A DNA stretch of 64,000 nucleotides from Firmicutes bacterium UBA3943 (GTDB lineage: Bacteria; Bacillota; UBA4882; UBA10575; UBA3943). The position numbers were made by a program, and so were the translations under genes. Location of the stretch: positions 124,851 to 188,850 of the forward strand of contig DGDV01000039.1 of assembly GCA_002385625.1 (NCBI GenBank), written 5' to 3'. This document shows, one piece after another, positions 28,918 through 38,748 of the stretch. The notes under the pieces were generated by a model. That model made no database searches, was not told where the DNA came from, and worked only from the letters and a program-made list of their open reading frames with translations. Every line of letters begins with the position of its first letter. Positions within the stretch are counted from its first letter, which is position 1.

Positions 28918-31900
28918 ATGGGATTAAACAGTTATCTACGCAGTTTTTCATGGGCCTTATTATTCTTCATCATATCTGCTGCAAGTGCATGGGAAATAAC
29001 GACAGAATCAAGCGATGGATTTACGGTCATGCTGCCGGACTTGACGGTTGAAATGAAGACCGTAGGAGATAAAGTCTACTTTGAAAAGACTGATTTTGCG
29101 GGATTGCCAGGTCAACCGGGTGTTCCTGCTAAAGCCATCTCGATTTTGCTGCCGCCAAATGTTGACCCGAATAACGTTACGGTTTCATTGGTGGACGTTA
29201 AGTACGAAACAATTACCGGCGCATGGGATGTGGCGCCGGCGCCGCCTTATATGATCAATGAAAACCAGGCCATTTGGCCACAGAATTTGACGATTGTTGA
29301 CGGACGGGATATTTTTACATATGGAAATAATGCATTTTTCCCTGCGACTTCCCTGGGCAAGATGTCCATTGGGCGGATGCGGCAATGGCAGATCGCCAGC
29401 GTCCAACTCTTTCCTTATCAGTACAATCCTGTTTCGAAAGAGTTGCGCCGCTTAATCGACGGAAAACTGAAAGTGGCTTTTAAACGGTCTGTTATAGCCC
29501 GAATGTCTTCATCCCGGGATCGGGTTGGTGAGGCCTTAGCTGAAGAAGTGAGAAAACGCGTCATCAACTTCGCTGAATTGGCCCCCGAATACTTGGGGAA
29601 TTATAAGATGTCTAATGTTACGTCGGAGCAGGGACGATACGTTATCGTTACAACCCAAAACATTTTGGCAAATTCTCGGCAACTGTCTGCATTTGTCCAG
29701 GCCAAACAACAACGGGGTTTTACCGTTGATGTTGTGACAGAGACCACCTGGGGCGGCGGTATTGGGGATATGGCCGCAGAACGTTTGCGCTCTTGGTTGG
29801 CGAACAATTATGAAGCTTTACAGATCCGCTATGTTTTATTGGTAGGCAATCCTGACCCGCAAGATGGGGATGTGCCGATGAAAATGTGTTATCCCCGGAA
29901 CAATGAAACATATTACCCGAATTACCGTGAAGCGCCGACCGACTTGTACTACGCTGAATTGACAGGAAATTGGGATCTTGATGGAGACGGGATGTACGGC
30001 GAGTATCCTGATGATGTTGGTGTCGGGGGTGCAGACTGTAACTATGAAGTTATCGTTGGGCGAATTCCCTTTTACGGTTCATACGAGGATCTTGACCATA
30101 TCTTGGCAAAGACCATACGTTATGATAACGCTACGATATACTGGCGGAGAAATGTCCTGATGGCCATGGAGCCCTCGGATGAGATTACCCCTCGTTACCA
30201 TTTGGGGGAAGAGATAAAAAGCAAAGTTTTGCTTCCCGCAGGCTACAGCTACCATAGGGTATATGAAGAGAACTATGGCATCTTCCCGCCGCCGGAGACT
30301 ACTCCGTGTACAGTGGATTCTGTGAGCAGAGCGTGGAATGCCGCCGATTATGGAGCGGTCTTCTGGTGGACCCATGGTTCAACACAAAGCGCTGCTGATG
30401 TTATGAATACATATTATGCGAAAACATTAAAGGACGATCGTCCGGTTTTCACCTTCCAATGCAGCTGTAACAATGCTTACCCTGAATATCCAGAAAATTT
30501 AGCCTATAGCCTTTTGAAAAACGGCGCAGTTTCTACAGTTGCCGCCACCCGTGTTTCTTGGTATCAACCGGGTACACAGCTTTTTGAGGGCAGTTCAAGC
30601 AACGCCGGATTAACTTTCAGATATGCCAGGGGAATTATTACTGATGCGTTACCTGCTGGCGATGCGTTTTATCAAGCTTTGTCGGGAACTGCTATATGGG
30701 GCAATTGGGGCGATGTGTGGTGGATGAACTGTTTGGTATTCAATATTTACGGTGATCCTTCGGTGGGGTTGACAATTGGCGGCAAGGATGAAATCCCACC
30801 CACCAAACCGGCTGCGCTCACCGTAGTAGCCAATGAGGGCACAAGAGTGACTCTGACTTGGTCAGCTAGCAGCGATAATGAGAGAGTAGCAGGTTACGAG
30901 GTTTTCCGGGACGGTTTCAAAATCGCCACTTTACCCCAAACCGTCTTTTCAGATACCTCAGTATCTCCTGGAAAATACTATACTTATAAGATTTATGCCT
31001 TCGATGATGCTGGCAACTGCTCTGAGCCCAGCGACGAGTTGACCGTATTAACCGAAAGCGGCAATATGGTAACAGTTTATTACAAACGAGGCTTTGCCAC
31101 GCCTTACATTCACTACAAAAAGGCCGATGGTGCTTGGACCCAGATCCCAGGTGAGCCGATGCAAGTATCGACTTTCACGGATTACAGTGTAGCGACAATT
31201 TTCATTGGCAGCCAAGCCCGTTTGGAAGCGTGTTTCAATGACGGGAAAGGCAACTGGGACAGCCGCAACGGCGCCAACTACTTCTTTGACGCCAATGGCA
31301 CATACACCGTGGAGTATGGGCAGGTAAAACTGGGTCCGCCCGCAGGCGACACCACACCGCCGACCCCGCCGCAGAATCTGAGCTTGGTGACGAAGACAGC
31401 AACAAGTATCAGCCTGTCCTGGTTGCCGGCAACGGACGATTCCGGCGTCAAGGGGTATGCGGTATATCGGGACGGCAATGAGATGGCCCGGACTGCAGAG
31501 TTATCTTATGTGGACCAAAACCTGAGCCCAAATACAACCTATCGCTATGTAGTTAAAGCCTATGACCAGGCGGGCAACATGTCACATCCCAGTAACGAAC
31601 TGGTGGTAACAACGGACGGTGGCCCGGCAAATACAGTTACCATCTACTACAAACGGGGTTTTGCCACTCCTTACATTCACTACAAAAAGGCCAACGGCAC
31701 TTGGACCCAGATTCCCGGTGTACGGATGGAGGATTCCTCCTTTGCTGGCTACAGCGTGGCCACAATTGACCTTGGCAGCCAAGCCCGTTTGGAAGCGTGT
31801 TTCAATGACGGGAAAGGCAATTGGGACAGCCGCAACGGCGCCAACTACTTCTTTGACGCCAATGGCACATATACCGTGGAGTATGGGCAGGTAAAACTGG

Positions 31901-32484
31901 GTCCGCCCGTAGACGATACCACACCGCCGACCCCGCCGCAGAATCTGAGCTTGGTGACGAAGACAGCAACAAGTATCAGCCTGTCCTGGTTGCCGGCAAC
32001 GGACAACACCGGCGTCAAGGGTTATGCAGTATATCGGGACGGCAATGAGATGGCCCGGACTGCAGAGTTATCTTATGTGGACCAAAACCTGAGCCCAAAT
32101 ACAACCTATCGCTATGTAGTTAAAGCCTATGACCAGGCGGGCAACATGTCACATCCCAGTAACGAACTGGTGGTAACAACGGACGGTGGCCCGGCAAATA
32201 CGGTAACCATCTACTACAAACGGGGTTTTGCCACTCCTTACATTCACTACAAAAAGGCCGACGGCACTTGGACCCAGATTCCCGGTGTACGGATGGAGAA
32301 TTCCTCCTTCGCCGGCTACAGCGTGGCCACAATTGACCTTGGCAGCCAAGCCCGTTTGGAAGCGTGTTTCAATGACGGGAAAGGCAATTGGGACAGCCGC
32401 AACGGCGCCAACTACTTCTTTGAACCGGGCGTCTGGACATTTAATGCAGGGCAGATCTTAAAGGGTGCACCTGGACAACAATAA
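28918..32484 (+). CDS. Secreted C25 (gingipain-family) cysteine peptidase with propeptide and 3x(FN3 + CBM25-like starch-binding module)
   Basis: Signal peptide; propeptide (PGQPGVP, LFPYQYNP); RYVLLVG, TDLYY, VGRIP, THGS, CSC and NIYGDP motifs; FN3 (PPT.P..L, WS...DN..V.GY.V.RDG, Y.Y.V.AYD.AGN.S); module TIYYKRGF.TPYIHY....G.WT..PG..M...FNDGKGNWDS.NG.NY. Confidence 0.85.
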   Translation: MGLNSYLRSFSWALLFFIISAASAWEITTESSDGFTVMLPDLTVEMKTVGDKVYFEKTDFAGLPGQPGVPAKAISILLPPNVDPNNVTVSLVDVKYETITGAWDVAPAPPYMINENQAIWPQNLTIVDGRDIFTYGNNAFFPATSLGKMSIGRMRQWQIASVQLFPYQYNPVSKELRRLIDGKLKVAFKRSVIARMSSSRDRVGEALAEEVRKRVINFAELAPEYLGNYKMSNVTSEQGRYVIVTTQNILANSRQLSAFVQAKQQRGFTVDVVTETTWGGGIGDMAAERLRSWLANNYEALQIRYVLLVGNPDPQDGDVPMKMCYPRNNETYYPNYREAPTDLYYAELTGNWDLDGDGMYGEYPDDVGVGGADCNYEVIVGRIPFYGSYEDLDHILAKTIRYDNATIYWRRNVLMAMEPSDEITPRYHLGEEIKSKVLLPAGYSYHRVYEENYGIFPPPETTPCTVDSVSRAWNAADYGAVFWWTHGSTQSAADVMNTYYAKTLKDDRPVFTFQCSCNNAYPEYPENLAYSLLKNGAVSTVAATRVSWYQPGTQLFEGSSSNAGLTFRYARGIITDALPAGDAFYQALSGTAIWGNWGDVWWMNCLVFNIYGDPSVGLTIGGKDEIPPTKPAALTVVANEGTRVTLTWSASSDNERVAGYEVFRDGFKIATLPQTVFSDTSVSPGKYYTYKIYAFDDAGNCSEPSDELTVLTESGNMVTVYYKRGFATPYIHYKKADGAWTQIPGEPMQVSTFTDYSVATIFIGSQARLEACFNDGKGNWDSRNGANYFFDANGTYTVEYGQVKLGPPAGDTTPPTPPQNLSLVTKTATSISLSWLPATDDSGVKGYAVYRDGNEMARTAELSYVDQNLSPNTTYRYVVKAYDQAGNMSHPSNELVVTTDGGPANTVTIYYKRGFATPYIHYKKANGTWTQIPGVRMEDSSFAGYSVATIDLGSQARLEACFNDGKGNWDSRNGANYFFDANGTYTVEYGQVKLGPPVDDTTPPTPPQNLSLVTKTATSISLSWLPATDNTGVKGYAVYRDGNEMARTAELSYVDQNLSPNTTYRYVVKAYDQAGNMSHPSNELVVTTDGGPANTVTIYYKRGFATPYIHYKKADGTWTQIPGVRMENSSFAGYSVATIDLGSQARLEACFNDGKGNWDSRNGANYFFEPGVWTFNAGQILKGAPGQQ
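31207..32423 (+). repeat. Near-identical intragenic tandem repeat, period 567 bp (about 2.1 copies)
   Basis: GGCAGCCAAGCCCGTTTGGAAGCGTG recurs at 31207, 31774 and 32341. Units 31207-31773 and 31774-32340 differ at only scattered bases. Confidence 0.95.
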
Positions 32485-32505
32485 ACAAAGCATTGATTTT
32501 CAGCG

Positions 32506-32540
32506 AACAGCAACCGCCCGCAAGGGCGGTTGCTATTGTT
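32506..32540 (+). terminator. Intrinsic terminator-like hairpin
   Basis: AGCAACCGCCC-GCAA-GGGCGGTTGCT-ATTGTT. Confidence 0.75.
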
Positions 32541-32681
32541 ATGATAAGGACATGATTATCCAAAGAATGTTCGGTGACAGTTGTGAAATAAAGGAAACTT
32601 CTCCAAATTTAGAAGGAAAATGCCATGGGAATGGGGAATGTAACACAAAAAACAAGTGGAATTTATGGCGGGAGTTTTGGC

Positions 32682-33440
32682 ATGACTTTTCCCCACCGTT
32701 ACAAATCATGGTTAATCTGGACCCTTCTTGCGGCGCTCACAGTCGCCGGAGGGTCTTTTTCCGTTTGTGCCGCAGCAGCAGGCGGTGCAAGAGCGGGGGA
32801 ACTTACTGAGACGAAAACGGTGGACTTGCCTGCTGGTGAAGAGGTAATTGGCGAGTTGCAGCGGATTATCAACCAGGAGGAAGGGACGATGAACCTGAAC
32901 TGGTTGGAACGGGCCATTCGGTGGATATTAAAGCAACTGAAAAAATTGAAGCTCTTGCGTGGTGCAGAACCCCAAAATGTACACATCCCTTGGGATAAGC
33001 TGATGCGCTGGTTGGCGATTCCCTTGATTATTCTGGTTATTGCCTGTACTTTTTATATGGTGGGGAAGCGTTTCCGGCGCGATCTGCGGGAAGATGCCCG
33101 TCACCAACAGACGGTGAAAGTAACGTGGCGCTCCCTGTTCCAACAAGCGTTGGCATACTATCCGACGGATCCCCGGCAAGCCGTGCATACTTTGGTTAAA
33201 GCCATTATTTGCCGCTGGGTGCTGGAAGGAAAGCTAAAGGACGACCCGGCTTTAACCCTTCGGGAGATCGAAACAAAACTCTCCAGGCAACTGGAGGGAG
33301 GAGAAGTAAGGGCCTTTTCCTCCTTGCGCCATCGCTATGAACTGGTCTACTACGGAAACCAACAATTGACAAGGGAAAATTGGGAAGAGATCTTACACTT
33401 GGCCGGGACCTTCCTGAGGGAGGTGCGGCAAGCCGGATGA
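32682..33440 (+). CDS. DUF4129-domain membrane protein
   Basis: Signal/TM segments and C-terminal DPALTLRE...YELVYYG. ATG 32682 after GGGAG. Sigma-H-like GAAGGAAAAT...GGGGAAT upstream. Confidence 0.7.
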   Translation: MTFPHRYKSWLIWTLLAALTVAGGSFSVCAAAAGGARAGELTETKTVDLPAGEEVIGELQRIINQEEGTMNLNWLERAIRWILKQLKKLKLLRGAEPQNVHIPWDKLMRWLAIPLIILVIACTFYMVGKRFRRDLREDARHQQTVKVTWRSLFQQALAYYPTDPRQAVHTLVKAIICRWVLEGKLKDDPALTLREIETKLSRQLEGGEVRAFSSLRHRYELVYYGNQQLTRENWEEILHLAGTFLREVRQAG

Positions 33441-34594
33441 GTTCTCTGGAAAAACGCTCGGAACTGGTTGTAGCTTTAATTAGCTTGATTGCTCTGGTTG
33501 TCATTGCTGTCTCCGGTTTGCTGCTGGCGGAGGACGGGCACCGTCAGGAAGAACCCTGCTCCTATTCCCGGCAGGATCATGGTTATTGTGGTATCTATCT
33601 CCTATTGGCCAAGGAGTTTCCCAGGAGCGTCGCCCGTAATCACCAACGGTTAAACCGGGTGTTTATCGGTAAACCTGCCCTTCTTATCACTACCCGCACC
33701 GAATGGACTGACAGGGAACTAGAGGCGGCCAGGAGCTGGATGGAACGGGGTGGCGTGCTTGTTATGTTGAACCCTCCGGAATCGGAACAGGGAGAAGAGA
33801 TCGGCGAGCGCCGGGCGGAGGTTAACACCGCTTGGCGCGGTTTTGCTGATCTGCCCCGCCTGGAGCTTCCTGCCTCCGTGCGGTGGGAGCCTGCTGATAC
33901 ATATTATCCTTTGTATAGATCTTCTTCTGGCACGGAGATCGGGGTAAAGCCCGTCGGGCGCGGCCGGTGTGTGGTCTTCTCCGATTCCGCCATGCTGACC
34001 AATGGTCAGCTCCGGCGGTATCCGGAGGCGGGTGCGGTGTTGGTGAAGATCTTGGCCCTCTACCGCAACGATGCCCGCAAAAGAATTCTCTGGGATGAGA
34101 GCAAGCCCGTGTCTGCCCTGGATGTTGAGGGTAAACCTGGGGGTAAACCGGAGCCGATTCTGCTTCTATGGTATGGCTTGGTGGACCAGTTGATTTTGGT
34201 TGCCGTTGTTTACTCTGTCTCCCGGGTGCGGCGGTTAGGGCCGCCTGTGGAGCTGCCCCAGGCGGAAGTCTTTACGTTGGAGGATTACATGAATTCCCTG
34301 GCCAGTTTTTACCGGAAGACCGGTTCCCGGCAGGTGGTTTTGGAGGAACTTTACCAGGATGTCCGTCGCCGGTTAATCCGGGCCACCGGTTGTGGGGCCA
34401 GCGCCGATGACCATCAACTGGCAGAGGCTTATGGGCGGATCCATGGGGCTGATCCATCTGCTTTGGCCGCAACCCTGCAAGCCACAGCGCAGGCCATTAC
34501 CGGGTCGGAGCCGGGGGAGAAAGATTTTTTTGCCCTGGGCCGGGCTTTGGATGCATACCGAAAGGAGCTTGATAAATATGGCGAATCTTGTTGA
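33437..34594 (+). CDS. DUF4350-domain membrane protein
   Basis: N-terminal TM, SYS....G, WMERGGVLV, VGRGRCVVFSD...TNG.L, second TM followed by RRLGPP. Confidence 0.7.
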   Translation: MSSLEKRSELVVALISLIALVVIAVSGLLLAEDGHRQEEPCSYSRQDHGYCGIYLLLAKEFPRSVARNHQRLNRVFIGKPALLITTRTEWTDRELEAARSWMERGGVLVMLNPPESEQGEEIGERRAEVNTAWRGFADLPRLELPASVRWEPADTYYPLYRSSSGTEIGVKPVGRGRCVVFSDSAMLTNGQLRRYPEAGAVLVKILALYRNDARKRILWDESKPVSALDVEGKPGGKPEPILLLWYGLVDQLILVAVVYSVSRVRRLGPPVELPQAEVFTLEDYMNSLASFYRKTGSRQVVLEELYQDVRRRLIRATGCGASADDHQLAEAYGRIHGADPSALAATLQATAQAITGSEPGEKDFFALGRALDAYRKELDKYGESC

Positions 34595-35519
34595 GTGGGG
34601 CGATACCGTACGTCAACGCTTTACCGCAACGGTGATTGGCAATGACCAGATTTTGCAGGAGATCCTCGTGGGAATGCTGGCCGGTGGCCACGTTTTGCTG
34701 GAAGGGGTTCCCGGTGTCGGTAAAACTTTGATTGTCAAGACCCTGGCCCGGATTCTCGGTGTGGGCTTTCACCGGATCCAATTTACCCCTGATCTAATGC
34801 CTACCGATATTTTAGGGACTAATATCTTTGACCCCAAGAGCCTGGAGTTTCAACTCAGATTGGGGCCGGTCTTTACCAATTTTCTCTTGGCCGATGAGAT
34901 TAACCGGACCCCGCCCCGTACTCAAGCGGCACTGCTGGAAGCCATGGAGGAACGGCAGGTAACCATTGATGGGGTAAGCCACCCGTTGCCCAGACCTTTT
35001 ATGGTTTTTGCCACACAGAACCCTGTGGAATATGAAGGGACATTTCCCTTGCCTGAAGCACAATTGGACCGGTTTATGCTCAAAATCATCGTGCCTTATC
35101 CTAGTGCGGAAGAGGAAGCGGCCATCCTCAAACTTCACGCGGAGAGCGGCGATGCGACGCCCGAACCGCAGCCTTTAGAGAACGGCCTTGCTGACTTGAC
35201 TGAAGCTATGGCTGCAGTGGCCCAGATCCAAATTGAAGACAAGATTTTGGATTATATTAACCGCCTAATCCGGACCACCCGGGAGAATCCCCGGTTGCTG
35301 CTGGGTGCCAGTCCCCGCAGCGGCGTGCACATGGTGGCAGCCTCACGGGCGATGGCATTTTTGGCGGGTCGGGATTTTGTGGTCCCCGATGATGTGAAAG
35401 CCGTTTTTTTGCCGGTCTTAAGGCACAGGATCCTCCTGCGGCCGGAGGCGGAGATGGAAGGTTTCCATGCCGACGAGATTCTGCGCCAGATCCTGTCGGC
35501 GGTCGCAGTACCGAGGTGA
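34578..35519 (+). CDS. moxR: MoxR-family AAA+ ATPase
   Basis: GHVLLEGVPGVGKT, RIQFTPDLMP.D, LADEINRTPPRTQAALLEAM, ATQNP.E.EGT.PLPEAQLDRF. Confidence 0.95.
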   Translation: MANLVEWGDTVRQRFTATVIGNDQILQEILVGMLAGGHVLLEGVPGVGKTLIVKTLARILGVGFHRIQFTPDLMPTDILGTNIFDPKSLEFQLRLGPVFTNFLLADEINRTPPRTQAALLEAMEERQVTIDGVSHPLPRPFMVFATQNPVEYEGTFPLPEAQLDRFMLKIIVPYPSAEEEAAILKLHAESGDATPEPQPLENGLADLTEAMAAVAQIQIEDKILDYINRLIRTTRENPRLLLGASPRSGVHMVAASRAMAFLAGRDFVVPDDVKAVFLPVLRHRILLRPEAEMEGFHADEILRQILSAVAVPR

Positions 35520-35523
35520 GTTC

Positions 35524-36816
35524 ATGCTGGTAACAAAGAGATTCTTGGTTCTCCTCTTGGCCGGAACCGCCTTATTAGCCCTGGGTGTTCAGTACGTGTG
35601 GTTTTATGATCTGCTTATGGCTTTGCTGTGGTTGGCGGACTATAGCGCCGGACGCCTGTTGTTCCGGCCCGTGGTCGGCCGAAGCGTGGCAACCCATTTA
35701 TACCAGGGCCAGTGGTTCACCGTTCCCTTGACAGTGGTCAACACCGCCAGACTTCCCTTGCGGATCACGCTCCGGGACGAGGTGCCAGCGGCCTTTACAC
35801 GACAGGGTTCGGAGTTGGCGCTTGTGGTCCGGGCCCGCGACGCCGGTGAGGGGGTTTACCGTGTCCGTCCGGAACAGCGGGGGGATTTTGCCTTTGGCTC
35901 CATCCATTGGCGGGTGGAAGGCCCACTTGGTTTAGCGCAATACCAGGGTAAAACCCAGTTTGGCCAGCAAATGGCCGTTTATCCCGGCAATCCTGGTGTG
36001 CAACGCTTCAGTCTTGCCTTGCGGAAACGTCAGTGGCAGGAGCTGGGTTTTCGCCGGAGCCGTTTAAAAGGCGAAGGGGTGGACCTGAGGGAACTGCGGG
36101 AGTTTCAAACCGGGGACGATATCCGCAAGATTGACTGGAAAGTGACGGCCCGCGCCGGTTATCCCGTGGTCCGCGAATATGAGCCGGAGCGGGGCCATAA
36201 TATCGTTATTCTTTTTGACACCGGTCGCTTGATGGAGAATACCGTCGGGGGTAAAAGCCGGTTGGATACCGCCCTCTCGGCTGCCTTGACCTTAGCCTAT
36301 GCCGCTGTTACCCAAGGTGATCGGGTGGGATTGCTGACCTTTGCCGACGAAGTGATAAATTATGTCCCGCCGGAGAAGGGGCGGGAACAATTACCCCGGA
36401 TTTTACAGGCCTTATATGCCGTCAAACCGGTGGGAGCGGAGTCGGACTATGAAACTGCCATCCGTTATTTGTTGTCCAAGCAGAAAAAAAGAGGCATTGT
36501 CTGCCTCTTTACCGAAGTTATTGATGGCGATGCTTCCCAACAATTAATCAGGAACATCTCCTTCCTCAAACGGTATCACCGTGTCATCTGTGTCACCTTG
36601 CGCGATCCAGCATTGCGCAAACCCTTTGCCGCACCGGTCCGGGAAGTCAAGGATCTTTACCGGCAGGGCGCATCCCTGCAGATCCAACGGGAGCGGGAGT
36701 TGGCTAAGGGAGTACTGTTGCGGCGGGGTGTAGCCGTGGTGGATGCCGATGCGGACCGGTTGTCACCGGAACTGATTAGCCGTTACCTTGATCTGAAAGG
36801 ACAAGCTCTGCTTTAA
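35524..36816 (+). CDS. DUF58 / VWA-like protein
   Basis: LREFQTGDDIRKIDWKVTAR, LFDTGRLM, GDRVGLLTF. Confidence 0.9.
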   Translation: MLVTKRFLVLLLAGTALLALGVQYVWFYDLLMALLWLADYSAGRLLFRPVVGRSVATHLYQGQWFTVPLTVVNTARLPLRITLRDEVPAAFTRQGSELALVVRARDAGEGVYRVRPEQRGDFAFGSIHWRVEGPLGLAQYQGKTQFGQQMAVYPGNPGVQRFSLALRKRQWQELGFRRSRLKGEGVDLRELREFQTGDDIRKIDWKVTARAGYPVVREYEPERGHNIVILFDTGRLMENTVGGKSRLDTALSAALTLAYAAVTQGDRVGLLTFADEVINYVPPEKGREQLPRILQALYAVKPVGAESDYETAIRYLLSKQKKRGIVCLFTEVIDGDASQQLIRNISFLKRYHRVICVTLRDPALRKPFAAPVREVKDLYRQGASLQIQRERELAKGVLLRRGVAVVDADADRLSPELISRYLDLKGQALL

Positions 36817-37771
36817 GCAGACCTGTCTTGCGCCCAAGCCACCAAAGGAAGATTAAGGTTAATCCCGCAAAGGCTAAACGGCCGCCGTCGGGAATAACTT
36901 TAGTGGTGATGGTACTGAAAAGGCCTTCGATTAGACCGGCTACCACCAATAGCAGGACGGCGGCAAGAAAGATCAAGGCTGCTTCCCTGCCTTTGCGCCG
37001 AAGATTGTCACTGCGTTTTAGTTCCCCGGGAAAAAGCAGGGCCGTACCGATGACAAATCCGGCGGCTCCTGCCAGGGCGATGGCTGTCAGTTCAATGAAG
37101 CCGTGGGGCAAGATGGCCGCCCAATAAGACAAGGCATAACCTTGGCGGGCGAAGACCGCTGCCAGGTAACCCAAGAGAAGGCTGTTGTGGAGCAGTACCC
37201 ACAAGGTGAAGATCCCACCGAAAATTCCAAGGACAAAGGCGTTAATTGCCACCCGGATATTATTGTTCATAATGAGCAGGGCGATGACAGGACGTTGCGC
37301 CAAGGGGTCATTGAACCACTCATCCTTCATAAAGCGCTCCAGAAGCTTTTCCCCGAGGAGCTTGGGAAAGTACGTTTCCGAGATGGCCTGCGCCCAACTT
37401 GTTATCACATACCCAAGGATAATGCCAATAACAATAAGGAGCATTGACCACCAGATGAACCGGCTGTTTTTGCGCAGGGCCTCCGGCAGGTCTGAGCGGA
37501 TTAAGCGAAGAAGGCCGGCGCCGGAACGTTCCGGTTGGTAGATCTGGTTGTATCCGCGCCCGGCCAGGTCATTTAAGTAGTTAACCACTTCAATGTCGTA
37601 GTTTTGGGCTTGTGCAAAGGAAAGATCCGTACAGATCTTGCGGTACAACGGGCCGACCGCCCGGATCTCCTCTTTGGTCAGAATGCCGGGGCCGCCTTTC
37701 TCTATTTTCCGTAAGATCCTGTCCAACCGCTCCCAGTCGGCGCGGTGACGCCGGATAAAGGACTCGGACAT
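36776..37771 (-). CDS. SpoIIM-like (DUF95) membrane protein
   Basis: NNIRVA, ILPHGFIEL, AGLIEG. N-terminal W..L......LYR....DLS extension typical of MoxR-associated members. Confidence 0.85.
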   Translation of the reverse strand: MSESFIRRHRADWERLDRILRKIEKGGPGILTKEEIRAVGPLYRKICTDLSFAQAQNYDIEVVNYLNDLAGRGYNQIYQPERSGAGLLRLIRSDLPEALRKNSRFIWWSMLLIVIGIILGYVITSWAQAISETYFPKLLGEKLLERFMKDEWFNDPLAQRPVIALLIMNNNIRVAINAFVLGIFGGIFTLWVLLHNSLLLGYLAAVFARQGYALSYWAAILPHGFIELTAIALAGAAGFVIGTALLFPGELKRSDNLRRKGREAALIFLAAVLLLVVAGLIEGLFSTITTKVIPDGGRLAFAGLTLIFLWWLGRKTGLLKAELVLSDQGNG

Positions 37772-37889
37772 CTTTGTCTTCCTTTCAGCGTATTTTGTTC
37801 GCTTATAATAATAACAAAAAGACTAAAAAAAGGAAACTCCCGGCGCATAGAAACCATACGTGGCCGGTTCAATATGGAGGGAACAGGGG

Positions 37890-38729
37890 ATGAATGCGCA
37901 ATTAACCATCCGCACCCCGGAAAATGTGCACATCCGTTACGACTTGGCGGGTCCGGGCAGCCGTTTTTTTGCCTTGGTCATTGATAACCTCATCCAAGGC
38001 TTGTTATTGACGGCTTTTCTGTGGCCGTTAGCAAAGGGGAAGAATCTTGACCTCAACACCCTTCCGGAGAAGATGGGTTTGTGGGACGGTTTGTTCCTTG
38101 CGGTGTTGATCTTCTTTATCATGTTGATCGCTCTTGGTTACTTTATTATCTTCGAGTGCCTGTGGGATGGGCAGACCCCGGGGAAGAAACTCCTGGGGCT
38201 AAAAGTCCGCCGTTTAGGGGGGCAACCTGTTGATTTCCTGGCTTCACTCCTCCGCAATTTGTTTCGGATTGTTGATATACTGCCTGTTTTTTATGTTGCC
38301 GGTTTTCTTACCATGTTCTTTAACAGCATGGGCCGGCGTATCGGGGACATCGTGGCCGGAACCATGGTCATCAGGGAGCGGCGCAGTAAGGCGCCATTAC
38401 CGGTGGGTCTGGCCCCGGAAGAACATGAGGAAGAAATCAAGGCTTGGCTGGGCGGTAGTCTGCCGGAGCTGACCGAAGGAGAATTAGGCCCAATCCGTGA
38501 ATACCTGCGCCGCTGCGATGCTTTCGCGCCGGCCACGCGTAAAAGATTGGTCGAGGGTATTCTCCGCAGGGTTTTGGTTTGTTTTCGCCCGGCAGGGCCT
38601 ATGCCCGTGGTTGATGCGGAGCAAGTGTTACGCGTCATCTACCGCTGGTACCAAACGGCCAACTTTGCCCGGGAAGAAGCGGAGCATGGGCGGGAAGAAA
38701 AGCCGGCCGTATCATATGAAAACCCTTGA
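37890..38729 (+). CDS. RDD-family membrane protein
   Basis: TPENV...LAG.GSRFFALVID, GQTPGKKLLGLKV, RNLFRIVD, RIGDIVAGT.V. Confidence 0.9.
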   Translation: MNAQLTIRTPENVHIRYDLAGPGSRFFALVIDNLIQGLLLTAFLWPLAKGKNLDLNTLPEKMGLWDGLFLAVLIFFIMLIALGYFIIFECLWDGQTPGKKLLGLKVRRLGGQPVDFLASLLRNLFRIVDILPVFYVAGFLTMFFNSMGRRIGDIVAGTMVIRERRSKAPLPVGLAPEEHEEEIKAWLGGSLPELTEGELGPIREYLRRCDAFAPATRKRLVEGILRRVLVCFRPAGPMPVVDAEQVLRVIYRWYQTANFAREEAEHGREEKPAVSYENP

Positions 38730-38748
38730 AAGGATAGGTGGGATCTTG

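Noticed and set aside
31207-32423. Repeats considered as a CRISPR array or mobile element
   Set aside because: They are 567-bp in-frame protein-domain repeats with no spacers. No CRISPR array or cas gene is seen anywhere in the window.
36776-37771. SpoIIM-like gene as the engulfment spoIIM partner of spoIIP
   Set aside because: It is longer, has the N-terminal extension and sits in the MoxR/RDD context typical of non-sporulation DUF95 members.
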